Shown piece by piece: positions 19,051-28,260 of a stretch of DNA of 48,226 nt. Under the pieces are notes generated by a model. The model did no database searches, was not told the DNA's origin, and worked only from the letters and a program-made list of their open reading frames with translations. Both the position numbers and the translations under genes were made by a program. The stretch spans positions 1-48,226 of the forward strand of contig CATMOE010000027.1 in NCBI GenBank assembly GCA_950072105.1. Direction: 5' to 3'. Source of the stretch: an uncultured Dehalococcoidia bacterium (GTDB lineage: Bacteria; Chloroflexota; Dehalococcoidia; Lucifugimonadales; UBA3495). Position 1 is the first letter of the stretch; each line of letters opens with the position of its first letter.

Positions 19051-20203
19051 GGTTCTCGGATCTTTGGGCCGTGGCGCCGTCTCCGATCAGTTGCTCCTCG
19101 CCAAACAGCGGAAGCTGAAATTCTTCATCTTCGGTAAACCCGGAAACGCCGATGCCCAGTAACCGGAAGGAACGACCCGGCGTAAGCTCACGGGAAAACA
19201 GCCGCCACGCCGTCTCCAGGATAACCGTGTCTGAGCCGGTGGGGTAGGGCAGGGTTGTCTGCCTGGTGAAGGTGGTGAAATCGGCCAGCCGAGCTTTCAC
19301 TGTCACCGTCTTTCCCTTCAATTGTTTTCCCTCCAAGTGTTGGGCCACCCGGCCGGCTAGGCGGGAAAGGTGAGGGTAGAGGTTGTCCTCTCCGGTGAGG
19401 TCGGTGGCGAAGGTCGATTCGGCGCTTACCGACTTGGCTTCTCTTTCGGTGCGCACCGGCTCCCGGTCTTCTCCCATCGCTCTGGATTGAACGTCCAAAG
19501 CACGCTTACCGAACCTCCGTTGGAACCAGCCGGTGGACTGGGACGCCAAATCACCGATGGTTTCAATACCGTCGGCCCGGAGCCGCTGGCCGGTCTTGGG
19601 CCCGATGCCCCACAGCTTACCCACCACTAGGGGCGCCAGAAATTCCCGTTCTTCTCCGGGAGCCACCACGACCAACCCATCGGGTTTATGCAGGTCTGAA
19701 GCGATCTTGGCCACGGATTTGCTGGTTCCGGCGCCCACGGATAGAGTTAGTCCGGTCTTTTCATGAACGGTGTTTTTAAGTTCCAGAGCAACCGCCAAGG
19801 GCAACCGGCCGGCTTCCACGGCTTCGGTTATATCCAGGTAAGCCTCGTCCATAGACAGGGGTTCCACCAGTTCGGTGAACTCATGGAATACATCCATCAC
19901 GGCGCGGGACAATTGGCGATAACGGTCGAACCTAGGGTGGATGATGATACCGTGGGGACACAATCGAACCGCCGTCCGCATGGGCATCGCCGAGTGGACT
20001 CCGAATACGCGCGCTTCGTAAGATGCCGTCGCCACTACACCCCGGTTCTCCGGGTCGCCACCCACCATCACCGCCTTCCCGGCTAGATCTGGGTCGTCCA
20101 ATACTTCGACAGCCGCATAAAAGGCGTCCAGGTCGGCGTGGAGAATGTGACGCGCCGATGGGCTAGCAGATTGATGGGAACTGGTATGGTTAGTAGTTTC
20201 CAA
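19043..20203 (-). CDS. dinB: DNA polymerase IV (Y family)
   Basis: ILHADLDAFYAAVE, SYEAR, SMDEAYLD and AKIASDLHKPDG; start uncertain (TTG 20203 chosen); 8-nt convergent overlap with cofE. Confidence 0.93.
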   Translation of the reverse strand: METTNHTSSHQSASPSARHILHADLDAFYAAVEVLDDPDLAGKAVMVGGDPENRGVVATASYEARVFGVHSAMPMRTAVRLCPHGIIIHPRFDRYRQLSRAVMDVFHEFTELVEPLSMDEAYLDITEAVEAGRLPLAVALELKNTVHEKTGLTLSVGAGTSKSVAKIASDLHKPDGLVVVAPGEEREFLAPLVVGKLWGIGPKTGQRLRADGIETIGDLASQSTGWFQRRFGKRALDVQSRAMGEDREPVRTEREAKSVSAESTFATDLTGEDNLYPHLSRLAGRVAQHLEGKQLKGKTVTVKARLADFTTFTRQTTLPYPTGSDTVILETAWRLFSRELTPGRSFRLLGIGVSGFTEDEEFQLPLFGEEQLIGDGATAQRSENPT

Positions 20204-20426
20204 CCAGTTAACTCGCTTGGAAAAGAGTACGGTGATGCCGCTGTTCTGCTTATTGTACCTTGGCCGTACGCGGCCGGCAGCCATCGCCGGTCAGCGCTAG
20301 GCGACGGAAATCGTTGCAGGGCCAAAGATTCCCGGCTATGCTGGGTACTGCGGTGCACAGTATGGCGGAACCTCGAATTCTATAACCTACGGCGCCAATC
20401 TTCATATTCACCATGATTCAACTACG

Positions 20427-21728
20427 ATGACTTCCCCGGTGACGAATACCGGGTCTTCCAAGATTTTCTACGGTTGGTGGATGGTCATGGCTTGCTCGGC
20501 CATGGCTTTTTTTGCCAGCGGCATCTTTTTTCGTGGTTTTACCGTGTTTGTCCCAGCGGTGCGCGACTCTCTGGGATTAAGCCAAGCCCAAACCAACCTC
20601 GTTTTCTCAGTAGCTCGGGCTGAAGGCGGGTTGGAAGGTCCGGTGGCGGGTTGGGCCATAGATCGTTTCGGAAATCGAGCCCTTCTAGTCCCCGGTATCA
20701 TCCTGGCCGCCATCGGCTATTTTGTGTTCGCCGGGTTCGTGCACAGCTATTTAACATTTGCCCTGGTATACCTGGGTATGATTTCCTTGGGCAATAGCAT
20801 CGCATTCCAGCATGCTTTGTTCGCCGGCCTTAATCAATGGTTCAGACGCCGCCGCTCTTTGGCTATCTCAACCCTCGCCGCCGTTTCGTCCCTGGGGGGT
20901 CTGATCTTGGTTCCCGTCATGTCGTTGATAATCCTGAACCTGAGCTGGCGATGGGCCATCCTCGGGGCGGGCGGAGCATATCTGGTTGCCATACTGCCGT
21001 TTACACTCATGTTCCGAAACCGGCCCGAGGATATCGGCCTGCTACCCGATGGAGACACGTCCCCGCCGCTGATCTCCACTGGGGCAGGGAGCACGGCAAG
21101 AAATCTGGAGGAACGGGATTACACCGTTAAAGAGGCGCTCAGGACGCGCGCCTATTGGATGCTGATGCTGGGGGCGGGCCTTCGGCAAATGGCAACCATC
21201 GGCATTCTGGTCAGCATCATCCCCATTCTGGAAAGCAAAGGAGTCAGCCGGCAGACCGCCGCTAACCTGACGGGCGCCATATTCGGGATCAACTTCCTGT
21301 CCAGGTTGGCTCTGGGATACTTGGGAGACAAGTGGCCAAAGTCGGGGATATTGGGCGCTACGTTGGCCTTGGAGGCCATTGGATTCGTCTGCTTGTTCTT
21401 CGGCTCCTGGAACGACGGCCGGTTCGTCCTGCTGGTCATGTTCGTGGTGCTGGAGGGCTTTGGCGACGGCGCGGGAATCATCGTCTGGGCTGCGTTGGGC
21501 GAATACTACGGCCGGGATAAATTCGCCAGCCTGCGAGGAATCATTACCTTTTCCCACAGCTGGGCGCTGGTGGCAGCCCCGGTGTTCGCTGGTTGGGCTT
21601 TTGATCATTATGGGAATTTTGACCTGGCCCTTATCCCGGCCATCGGGTTAGCCGTCGCGGCCAGCCTTTGCTTCTTTCTGGTTAAGAAGCCGCCTCAACT
21701 GACCCAGGAGGCGGCGGCAGATCAATGA
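20427..21728 (+). CDS. MFS transporter (paralog of 9328-10656)
   Basis: FYGWW, ARAEGG, DRFG and EYYGR motifs; about 12 TM segments. Confidence 0.9.
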   Translation: MTSPVTNTGSSKIFYGWWMVMACSAMAFFASGIFFRGFTVFVPAVRDSLGLSQAQTNLVFSVARAEGGLEGPVAGWAIDRFGNRALLVPGIILAAIGYFVFAGFVHSYLTFALVYLGMISLGNSIAFQHALFAGLNQWFRRRRSLAISTLAAVSSLGGLILVPVMSLIILNLSWRWAILGAGGAYLVAILPFTLMFRNRPEDIGLLPDGDTSPPLISTGAGSTARNLEERDYTVKEALRTRAYWMLMLGAGLRQMATIGILVSIIPILESKGVSRQTAANLTGAIFGINFLSRLALGYLGDKWPKSGILGATLALEAIGFVCLFFGSWNDGRFVLLVMFVVLEGFGDGAGIIVWAALGEYYGRDKFASLRGIITFSHSWALVAAPVFAGWAFDHYGNFDLALIPAIGLAVAASLCFFLVKKPPQLTQEAAADQ

Positions 21729-21841
21729 TCCCATGGCTAAAGCCCCGGTGACACGCTAAAATACCTGGGGCTTAGTTTCGGCCCCGCTAGTCCGCTAACC
21801 CGTTCGCCAACAAGTCTTCGAATCGCACCGAGGGAGGTAAC

Positions 21842-23176
21842 ATGGCAACCATTCTTGAGGAGTACATCGCCAAACATCCGGGATCGGCCCGCAGGTACGA
21901 GGAATCCACGACACTTTTCCCTGGAGGGGTGACCCATGATTCCCGATACGCCATGCCCTTTCCCCTGTTCATGACCCACGGCACCGGTCCACGGAAGTGG
22001 GACGTGGACGGAAATGAGTACATCGATTACGTTTCCGGTCACGGGGCGTTGCTCTTGGGACACTCCCGACCGGAGATTGCCGAGGCGGTTTCCCAGCAGA
22101 TCCTGCGGGGCACCCACCTGGGCGCATCCACCGACGAGGAACTCCGATGGGCGCGGGCGATCAAGGCGTTGATACCTTCCATCGAGAAACTGCGGTTCCA
22201 TAGCTCGGGTACCGAAGCAACTTTGATGGCCATGCGCCTGTCCCGGGCCTACACCGGGAAGAACAAAATCATCAAACTGCAGGACCACTTCCACGGGTGG
22301 CACGACTACGCCATGGCGGGCTCCGACCGGGCCGCGCCGGGCATCCCGTTGGCTAGTTGGGAGAGCATGATTATCGTACCTTCCGGCGACCTGAATGCAG
22401 TAGAGGACGCTCTCAACGGCGACTCGGATATCGCCGCTTTGATCCTGGAACCCACCGGCGCCCACTACGGCCAGTTGCCCTTCGATGCGCCCAACTATTT
22501 GAAAGGACTTCGAGACCTGACCGCCCAGCACGGCGTGGTGCTCATCTTCGACGAAGTTGTAACCGGGTTCCGGGCATCGCCGGGCGGCGCGCAAGTGCGG
22601 TACGGCATCAATCCCGATCTCACCACCATGGCTAAGATCGTTGCCGGGGCTTTACCCGGTGGCGCCGTGGGCGGTAAGGCTGAAATCATCGACATGATTG
22701 CCCACCGAGGCGATCCGGAGTGGGACAACACACACCGCGTTTATCACCCGGGGACCTTCAACGGCAATCCCTTGACTGCCGTTGCCGGGGCCACTTGCCT
22801 AGAGATAATCGCCAGCCAGCCCATCAACCAGCAGGCCGACGCGATGGGAGCCCGGCTCAAGGTGGGGATCAACGATATATTCGGGAAGATGGAAATGGCC
22901 GGCCACGCCCACGGCATAGCTTCCATGATTCACGTGGTCATGGCTGACTGCGGTTGCGACCGGGAACTTTGCACCATGCCCCACAGCCAGATCAAGGAAG
23001 TCACCGCCTCACCGGCAGTAACGGCCCTCAAGCGCGGCCTCCAAAACCTGGGAGTTGACATAATGGGCCGCGACTCTTTCCTGGTTTCCGCCACCCACAC
23101 CGAACAGGAAGTGGACCAAACCTTGGCCGCCTTTGAAACCACCCTGGCGGCTATTCGGGACGAAGGTTTGGCGTAG
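21842..23176 (+). CDS. Class III PLP aminotransferase (GSA aminomutase-like)
   Basis: WDVDGNEYID, SGTEA, FDEVVTGFR and TTMAK (PLP lysine). Confidence 0.9.
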   Translation: MATILEEYIAKHPGSARRYEESTTLFPGGVTHDSRYAMPFPLFMTHGTGPRKWDVDGNEYIDYVSGHGALLLGHSRPEIAEAVSQQILRGTHLGASTDEELRWARAIKALIPSIEKLRFHSSGTEATLMAMRLSRAYTGKNKIIKLQDHFHGWHDYAMAGSDRAAPGIPLASWESMIIVPSGDLNAVEDALNGDSDIAALILEPTGAHYGQLPFDAPNYLKGLRDLTAQHGVVLIFDEVVTGFRASPGGAQVRYGINPDLTTMAKIVAGALPGGAVGGKAEIIDMIAHRGDPEWDNTHRVYHPGTFNGNPLTAVAGATCLEIIASQPINQQADAMGARLKVGINDIFGKMEMAGHAHGIASMIHVVMADCGCDRELCTMPHSQIKEVTASPAVTALKRGLQNLGVDIMGRDSFLVSATHTEQEVDQTLAAFETTLAAIRDEGLA

Positions 23177-23190
23177 GAGCGGATATTGAA

Positions 23191-23228
23191 CGGGTGTAGG
23201 GGCGCACGGCCGTGCGCCCCTACACCCG
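23191..23228. repeat. GTAG-type REP-like perfect 38-bp palindrome
   Basis: CGGGTGTAGGGGCGCACGG followed by its exact reverse complement. Confidence 0.8.
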
Positions 23229-23327
23229 ATAGAACAACCTTGTTGCTGCCGCCAGCCCGCTTTTCTGCTAGAATCCCCTGGACCGATAAACAAGCGTAAT
23301 TTGAACCCCTCATGGAGGTGAATCGCC

Positions 23328-24050
23328 ATGCCATCCTTCTGGGAAACCCTTCAAGTAGACGGCGAGGAAATGGCGACCTACGTCAGTGTTCCCAGCGGCT
23401 CCGGCCCCTTCCCTGCCGTGGTGGTTGCTCAGACTATCCGCGGCGTCAATCAGTTCATTCAAGACCAGTGCGATAAGCTGGCGGCTGAGGGATATGCCGC
23501 AGTGGCTCCCGAACTGTTCCATCGGATCACCGACCCGGCCCTTACCGATCCGTACGAACGCGGTGCAACCCTAAGCGACCCAGAAGTCGTCGCCGACTGC
23601 AACGCCGCCATGGACTTTTTGCTGGGCCACTCCGCAGTGGACAACGACCGCATCGGCATCGTCGGTTTCTGCATGGGAGGGCGAGCCGCCTGGCTGGCCG
23701 CTGCCACCAACACGCACTATAAAGCCACGGTGCCCTACTACGGCGGTAGCATCATGGTGACCAGAGGCGCCGGAGTCCAAACTCCCTTGGAGCTTGCCGA
23801 CAATATCAATTGCCCGATGCTGTTCCATTTCGGCGAGATCGACGGCAACCCATCCCAGGACGACATGGCCAAGCTGGACGCCGAATTGACCCGCTTGGGC
23901 AAACCCCATCAATTCTTCAGCTACCCCGAAGCCGACCACGGCTTCGCGGACCACACCGGGGCGCGTTATAACCGGGAGGGCGCGGAGATCGCTTGGCCTC
24001 GCACCCTTCAGTTTTTCGCAGCCCATTTAAAAGGCGCGCCGGTCGTTTAG
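23328..24050 (+). CDS. Dienelactone hydrolase family protein
   Basis: GFCMGG nucleophile motif, GEID and ADHGF (Cys-Asp-His triad). Confidence 0.92.
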   Translation: MPSFWETLQVDGEEMATYVSVPSGSGPFPAVVVAQTIRGVNQFIQDQCDKLAAEGYAAVAPELFHRITDPALTDPYERGATLSDPEVVADCNAAMDFLLGHSAVDNDRIGIVGFCMGGRAAWLAAATNTHYKATVPYYGGSIMVTRGAGVQTPLELADNINCPMLFHFGEIDGNPSQDDMAKLDAELTRLGKPHQFFSYPEADHGFADHTGARYNREGAEIAWPRTLQFFAAHLKGAPVV

Positions 24051-24113
24051 AACGGCCGGTATCTTGAGTTACCCGGTACAACTCATGCAAACAAACAAGC
24101 CGACTAATCAACG

Positions 24114-24193
24114 ACCCCCTCTCTAACTCCCCCCGTAAAGGGGGCGAGAACAAATTCCTTCCCCCTCGATGGGGGAAGGTTAGGATGGGGGTG
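24114..24193. repeat. Two-hairpin palindromic repeat, family B
   Basis: Near copy of 15981-16062. Confidence 0.8.
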
Positions 24194-24252
24194 AGGCACT
24201 CGCCATCAGACTCATATTGAGTTAGTGGAAAATTTTTCGGAGGTAAACATAA

Positions 24253-24966
24253 ATGCCATCCTTTACGGATAAGCTCACCGTCAACGGCCATGAAATGGAT
24301 ATGTACGCCAGCGTCCCCAGCGGGTCCGGTCCCTTCCCCGCGGTCGTTATTGCTTTCCATGTCGGAGGCCTGGACGACTTCGACCGGGCAATGGCAGACC
24401 GCTTGGCCGCCGAGGGATACGTGGCCGTGGTCCCGGATTTGTTCCATCGCCTGACCGAGGAGCAAATGAATGGTCCACGATTGGACCGGCTGGGATATTT
24501 GAGCGACCCGGACATAATCGCCGATTGCAACGCCGCGGTCAGCTTTTTGGAAGGCAATTCGGCGGTGGACAGCAACCGCATCGGCGTCACCGGTTTCTGC
24601 ATGGGAGGCCGGGTTGCTTGGTTGATGGCCGCATCAAACCCGGTGTTCAAAGCCACCGTTCCCTACTACGGGGGCCACATCATGCTGCCCTGGGGCGATA
24701 CCACAGAAACACCCTTTGACCTGGCGAGCAACATCAACTGCCCAATGATGTTCCACTTCGGCGCGACCGACGGTAACCCCTCGCCGGATGACCGGGTGAA
24801 ACTAGATGCCGAACTAACCCGCTTGGGCAAAGAGCACGTGTTTTACTCCTACGAAGGGGCAGGGCACGCCTTCATGGACTTCACCAACCCGGACCGCCAC
24901 CACGAAGGGGCGGCGGCGGAATCATGGCCCAGAACCTTAGAATTCTTTGCGACCCATCTAAAGTAA
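24253..24966 (+). CDS. Dienelactone hydrolase family protein (tandem paralog)
   Basis: GFCMGG and AGHAF; extensive identity with 23328-24050. Confidence 0.92.
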   Translation: MPSFTDKLTVNGHEMDMYASVPSGSGPFPAVVIAFHVGGLDDFDRAMADRLAAEGYVAVVPDLFHRLTEEQMNGPRLDRLGYLSDPDIIADCNAAVSFLEGNSAVDSNRIGVTGFCMGGRVAWLMAASNPVFKATVPYYGGHIMLPWGDTTETPFDLASNINCPMMFHFGATDGNPSPDDRVKLDAELTRLGKEHVFYSYEGAGHAFMDFTNPDRHHEGAAAESWPRTLEFFATHLK

Positions 24967-25020
24967 GAATAATTCATTCATCCTGACATCTTATAGCTGT
25001 CTCTTAAAGGAGATCGATTC

Positions 25021-25530
25021 ATGGTTAGAGTAAACCTAGACCTAGAGAAAAAAGATGACCTGCAAGTCCTCGGGACAACCGGTTGGAAGATTGCTTCCGG
25101 CCTTGTGCCAGGCGAACCCAACCAGGGACTGGTAGCCGAGATCTTGGCCAGCCCGGCCCGTCTCCCCGATTACGACGATTCATGGTGGGATCAGGATGCC
25201 GACTTTCAGGAACGCCGGTCGGTGGGTTTCACCTTTGCCTGGTATCGCCTGCACATCACCACGCCCGATCAAGTCCGAGGCACGTCCGTCGCTGGAACGC
25301 GGATGGTATTCGAGACCAACGTTGACAATTATGGCGAGATATACATCGATGGCGTGATCGACCGGGTGACCGGCGTCGTCACCGGCAATAACGTGGGGAA
25401 GCGGGGTATCGTTGAAGACAAAGCCGTGCCAGGAACCAGCCACGTAATCGCCGTACTGGTCGCCAACGCCCCCTTGGGAGAGCCGGTCGGCACCATTTTC
25501 ATGCGCTACGCCACGATTGCCTTCGAGTAA
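25021..25530 (+). CDS. Hypothetical protein, possible galactose-binding-like jelly-roll domain
   Basis: YDDSWW, AWYR and VDNYGEIYIDG resemble GH2 sugar-binding domains; AAGGAG RBS. Confidence 0.6.
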   Translation: MVRVNLDLEKKDDLQVLGTTGWKIASGLVPGEPNQGLVAEILASPARLPDYDDSWWDQDADFQERRSVGFTFAWYRLHITTPDQVRGTSVAGTRMVFETNVDNYGEIYIDGVIDRVTGVVTGNNVGKRGIVEDKAVPGTSHVIAVLVANAPLGEPVGTIFMRYATIAFE

Positions 25531-25579
25531 GCGAGCTATCAGCGCTCTACCAATCTTATTGCAGAGATACGCCGAACTG

Positions 25580-25616
25580 CCCCCTTTCGTAAAGGGGGAC
25601 CGAGGGGGATTTCCCC
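25580..25616. repeat. Palindromic repeat, family A
   Basis: CCCCCTTTCGTAAAGGGGGACCGAGGGGGATTTCCCC; near reverse complement of 36935-36972. Confidence 0.8.
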
Positions 25617-25689
25617 ACAACCCCCAACAATCCGTCCACCCATCAACTAGCTGACTGCTGAACGCTGACAGCTTAAAGACGAGGTTAAT

Positions 25690-27174
25690 CTGGTAGCGTC
25701 TTCATTTGCCGGCAAAACCAACGCTCCGGAATTTCCGGTTGGATTGGAGTGGGTTAATACCGACCGGGCCCTAACCAAGGCCGACTTAGCGGGCAAGATC
25801 GTTATCCTGGACTTCTGGACCTACTGTTGAATCAACTGCGCCCACATCTTTCCGCAGTTGCGGAAACTGGAGCGAAAATACGCCAACGAGTTGATGGTGG
25901 TGGGGGTCCACTCGGCCAAATTCCCGAACGAGAAGGTTAAGGACAACCTCCAAAAAGCGGTCCAGCGCTACGAGCTAGGACATCCGGTCGTCAACGACGT
26001 AGACTTTCAGGTTTGGCAGCAGTATGCCTGCCGCGCCTGGCCGACACTGATGTTCATCGACCCCCTGGGCAAGGTCATTGGCAAACATGAGGGAGAGCTG
26101 TCCTACGAGCAGTTCGACACCTTGATAAGCCAGATGGTCGCCGAATTTGACGAAGCAGGCATCCTGGACCGGACCCCGGTCACTTTCGTTAAAGACGAGG
26201 CGCCCGATTCAACGTTGTCTTTCCCGGGCAAGGTGGTGGCGGACTCTGACTCTAACCGGTTGTTTATATCCGATTCCAACCACAACCGGATCATCGTCGC
26301 CACACTAGACGGCGAGGCGTTGAAGGTCGTTGGCTCCGGAGAACCGGGCTTGGTAGATGGAAGCTTTACCACGGCATCCTTCGATCATCCCCAGGGAATG
26401 GTCCTAGTGGGTGACCTGCTCTACGTGGCCGACGCCGAGAACCATGCCATCAGAAGAGTGGACCTGGCCGCGGAGCAAGTTGAGACTATCGCCGGGACCG
26501 GGGCCCAGGGTCCAATGCGGGAAGGGACCGGTCCTGGTTTGCAAACCGAGCTTAACTCGCCCTCGGATCTGGCGTTTCATGATGGCTCTTTGTACATCGC
26601 CATGGCCGGAATGCATCAGCTATGGTCCATGGAGCTGTCCACCGGGACGGTAGGTCCATATGCGGGTAGCGGACGGGAGTCCCTAGACGACGGCCCTCTG
26701 GCCAGCGCAACTTTAGCCCAACCCAGCGGCATAACGTCCGATGGTAACCGGCTCTATTTCGCCGACAGCGAAACCAGCGCCGTCCGCTCCGCCGATCTTA
26801 ATCCCCACGGTAGGGTGCGCACGATTATCGGACTTGGCCTTTTCGAGTTCGGCGACGTTGACGGTTCGGACCACAATATCCGGCTGCAGCACCCCATCGG
26901 ACTCGCTTACCACGACGGCACGATCTACTTGGCCGATACCTATAACCACAAGATTAAAAAGGTGTTGCCGGTGATGCGAAGCTCCTTCACCATGCTGGGT
27001 AATGGGCAGGCGGGCGACAGGGACGGCGCGGGGAATCAGGCCCAGTTCTCCGAACCCAGCGGATTGAGCATCGCCGGCGGGAAGATTTACATCGCCGATA
27101 CCAACAACCACGCGATACGGGTAGCCGATCTCGAAAGCGGAGAGGTAGTAACGCTGAAATTGAGCGGGATATGA
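25690..27174 (+). CDS. Thioredoxin-like plus NHL-repeat protein (NHLRC2/SOQ1-like), probable selenoprotein with Sec at UGA 25828-25830
   Basis: The frame upstream of the tracked ORF reads [13 protein letters not shown]...[22 protein letters not shown]; the family motif is FWTYCCINC. NHL repeats ([26 protein letters not shown]) follow. Start inferred at CTG 25690 behind GAGG. Confidence 0.85.
25849..25866 (+). promoter_or_regulatory. Candidate bacterial SECIS element for the Trx-NHL UGA
   Basis: TTTCCGC-AGTT-GCGGAAA: 7-bp stem, G in the loop, starting 18 nt after the UGA. Confidence 0.55.
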
Positions 27175-27245
27175 GACAGGGTGAAATTGGGGTTAGGAAG
27201 CATCATTCCAACTAGTTGAACCTGTCGACAATATCGCACCGTCGA

Positions 27246-27273
27246 TAGGGGCAGGTTTAAAACCTGCCCCTAC
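27246..27273. repeat. GTAG-type REP-like palindrome
   Basis: TAGGGGCAGGTTT-A-AAACCTGCCCCTA(C) between convergent genes; same outer arms as 23191-23228. Confidence 0.7.
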
Positions 27274-27301
27274 ATGGCCAAGAGAAACAAGACCAGTGGG
27301 T

Positions 27302-28171
27302 CTAATACCCCTCTTCACCGGCGCGGTTTATCACGAAGACACGGTCGAGATGGGCCAGGTCTTGCTCAATACTGGTCGTGGCTTCCGGGAAAAGTTGCCG
27401 GGACAACTCCTCCACTGCTGGTACCTGCTCCGGGTCCAACTCCAGCAAAATGATTCCATTTTCCTTGAGCTTGTCCGGGGCTTGTGACATCAGGCGCCGA
27501 ATCAAGTCCAACCCGTCGTCCCCTCCATCCAGGGCTGCGCTGGGTTCCCACTGTATCTCCGGTTGGAGCGTGGGAATGCGGCTGGTGGGGATGTAGGGAA
27601 GATTGGCCACGATCAGGTCCACCGGCTCCGGCAGCGGCTCCAGCAGGTCGCCCTTGGCCAGCTTGATCCGGTCGGCCACATTGTGGGTGCGGATGTTGTG
27701 GCTGGCCACGTCCAGAACAGCGTCGGCGGCGTCAATAGCGTATATCCGGGCTGCGGGAAGGTGGATGGCCAGATTTATCGCGATCGCTCCGGTACCGGTG
27801 CCCACGTCGGCAATCACCAACTCCGTTGTCTCCATTCCCATCAGAGCCATGAAAAGGGCGTGCTCCACCATGGTCTCGGTCTCAGGCCGGGGTATGAGCA
27901 CATCGGAATTAACCAGTAGATTTACACCGTAGAATTCCTTGTAGGCCAGGATGTATGCCAGCGGTTCCCGTTTTAGCCGGCGTTCCACGATCTGGGCCAG
28001 CTCCCGTTCTTGCTGAACGTTGACCCCATCTTCCTGGTGCGAGAAGAGGTCCTGGCGAGGCATGCGCATCACGTTCATCACCATGACCTCCGACTCCAAT
28101 CGGGCGTCAGGGATGCCCACGCTCTCCAGATTTCCATGGGTTTGCCTTAACGTTTCTCTGATGGTTGCCAT
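27302..28171 (-). CDS. prmC: Release factor glutamine methyltransferase
   Basis: VLIPRPETE, DVGTGTG, NLPY and ALDGG; downstream of prfA. Confidence 0.95.
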   Translation of the reverse strand: MATIRETLRQTHGNLESVGIPDARLESEVMVMNVMRMPRQDLFSHQEDGVNVQQERELAQIVERRLKREPLAYILAYKEFYGVNLLVNSDVLIPRPETETMVEHALFMALMGMETTELVIADVGTGTGAIAINLAIHLPAARIYAIDAADAVLDVASHNIRTHNVADRIKLAKGDLLEPLPEPVDLIVANLPYIPTSRIPTLQPEIQWEPSAALDGGDDGLDLIRRLMSQAPDKLKENGIILLELDPEQVPAVEELSRQLFPEATTSIEQDLAHLDRVFVINRAGEEGY

Positions 28172-28260
28172 AGGTTTAGAGCGTCCGAACGAAATTTGAA
28201 CTGAAGCAGAGGGCGATGGTTGTCAGGAACTGACCGGGAAACCGGGACCGCACGGGCCGT

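Noticed and set aside
20210..20270. LexA box upstream of dinB
   Set aside because: GTTC/GTAC half-sites are present but not in GAAC-N4-GTTC spacing
21842..23176. hemL
   Set aside because: Only family-level similarity and no tetrapyrrole gene context
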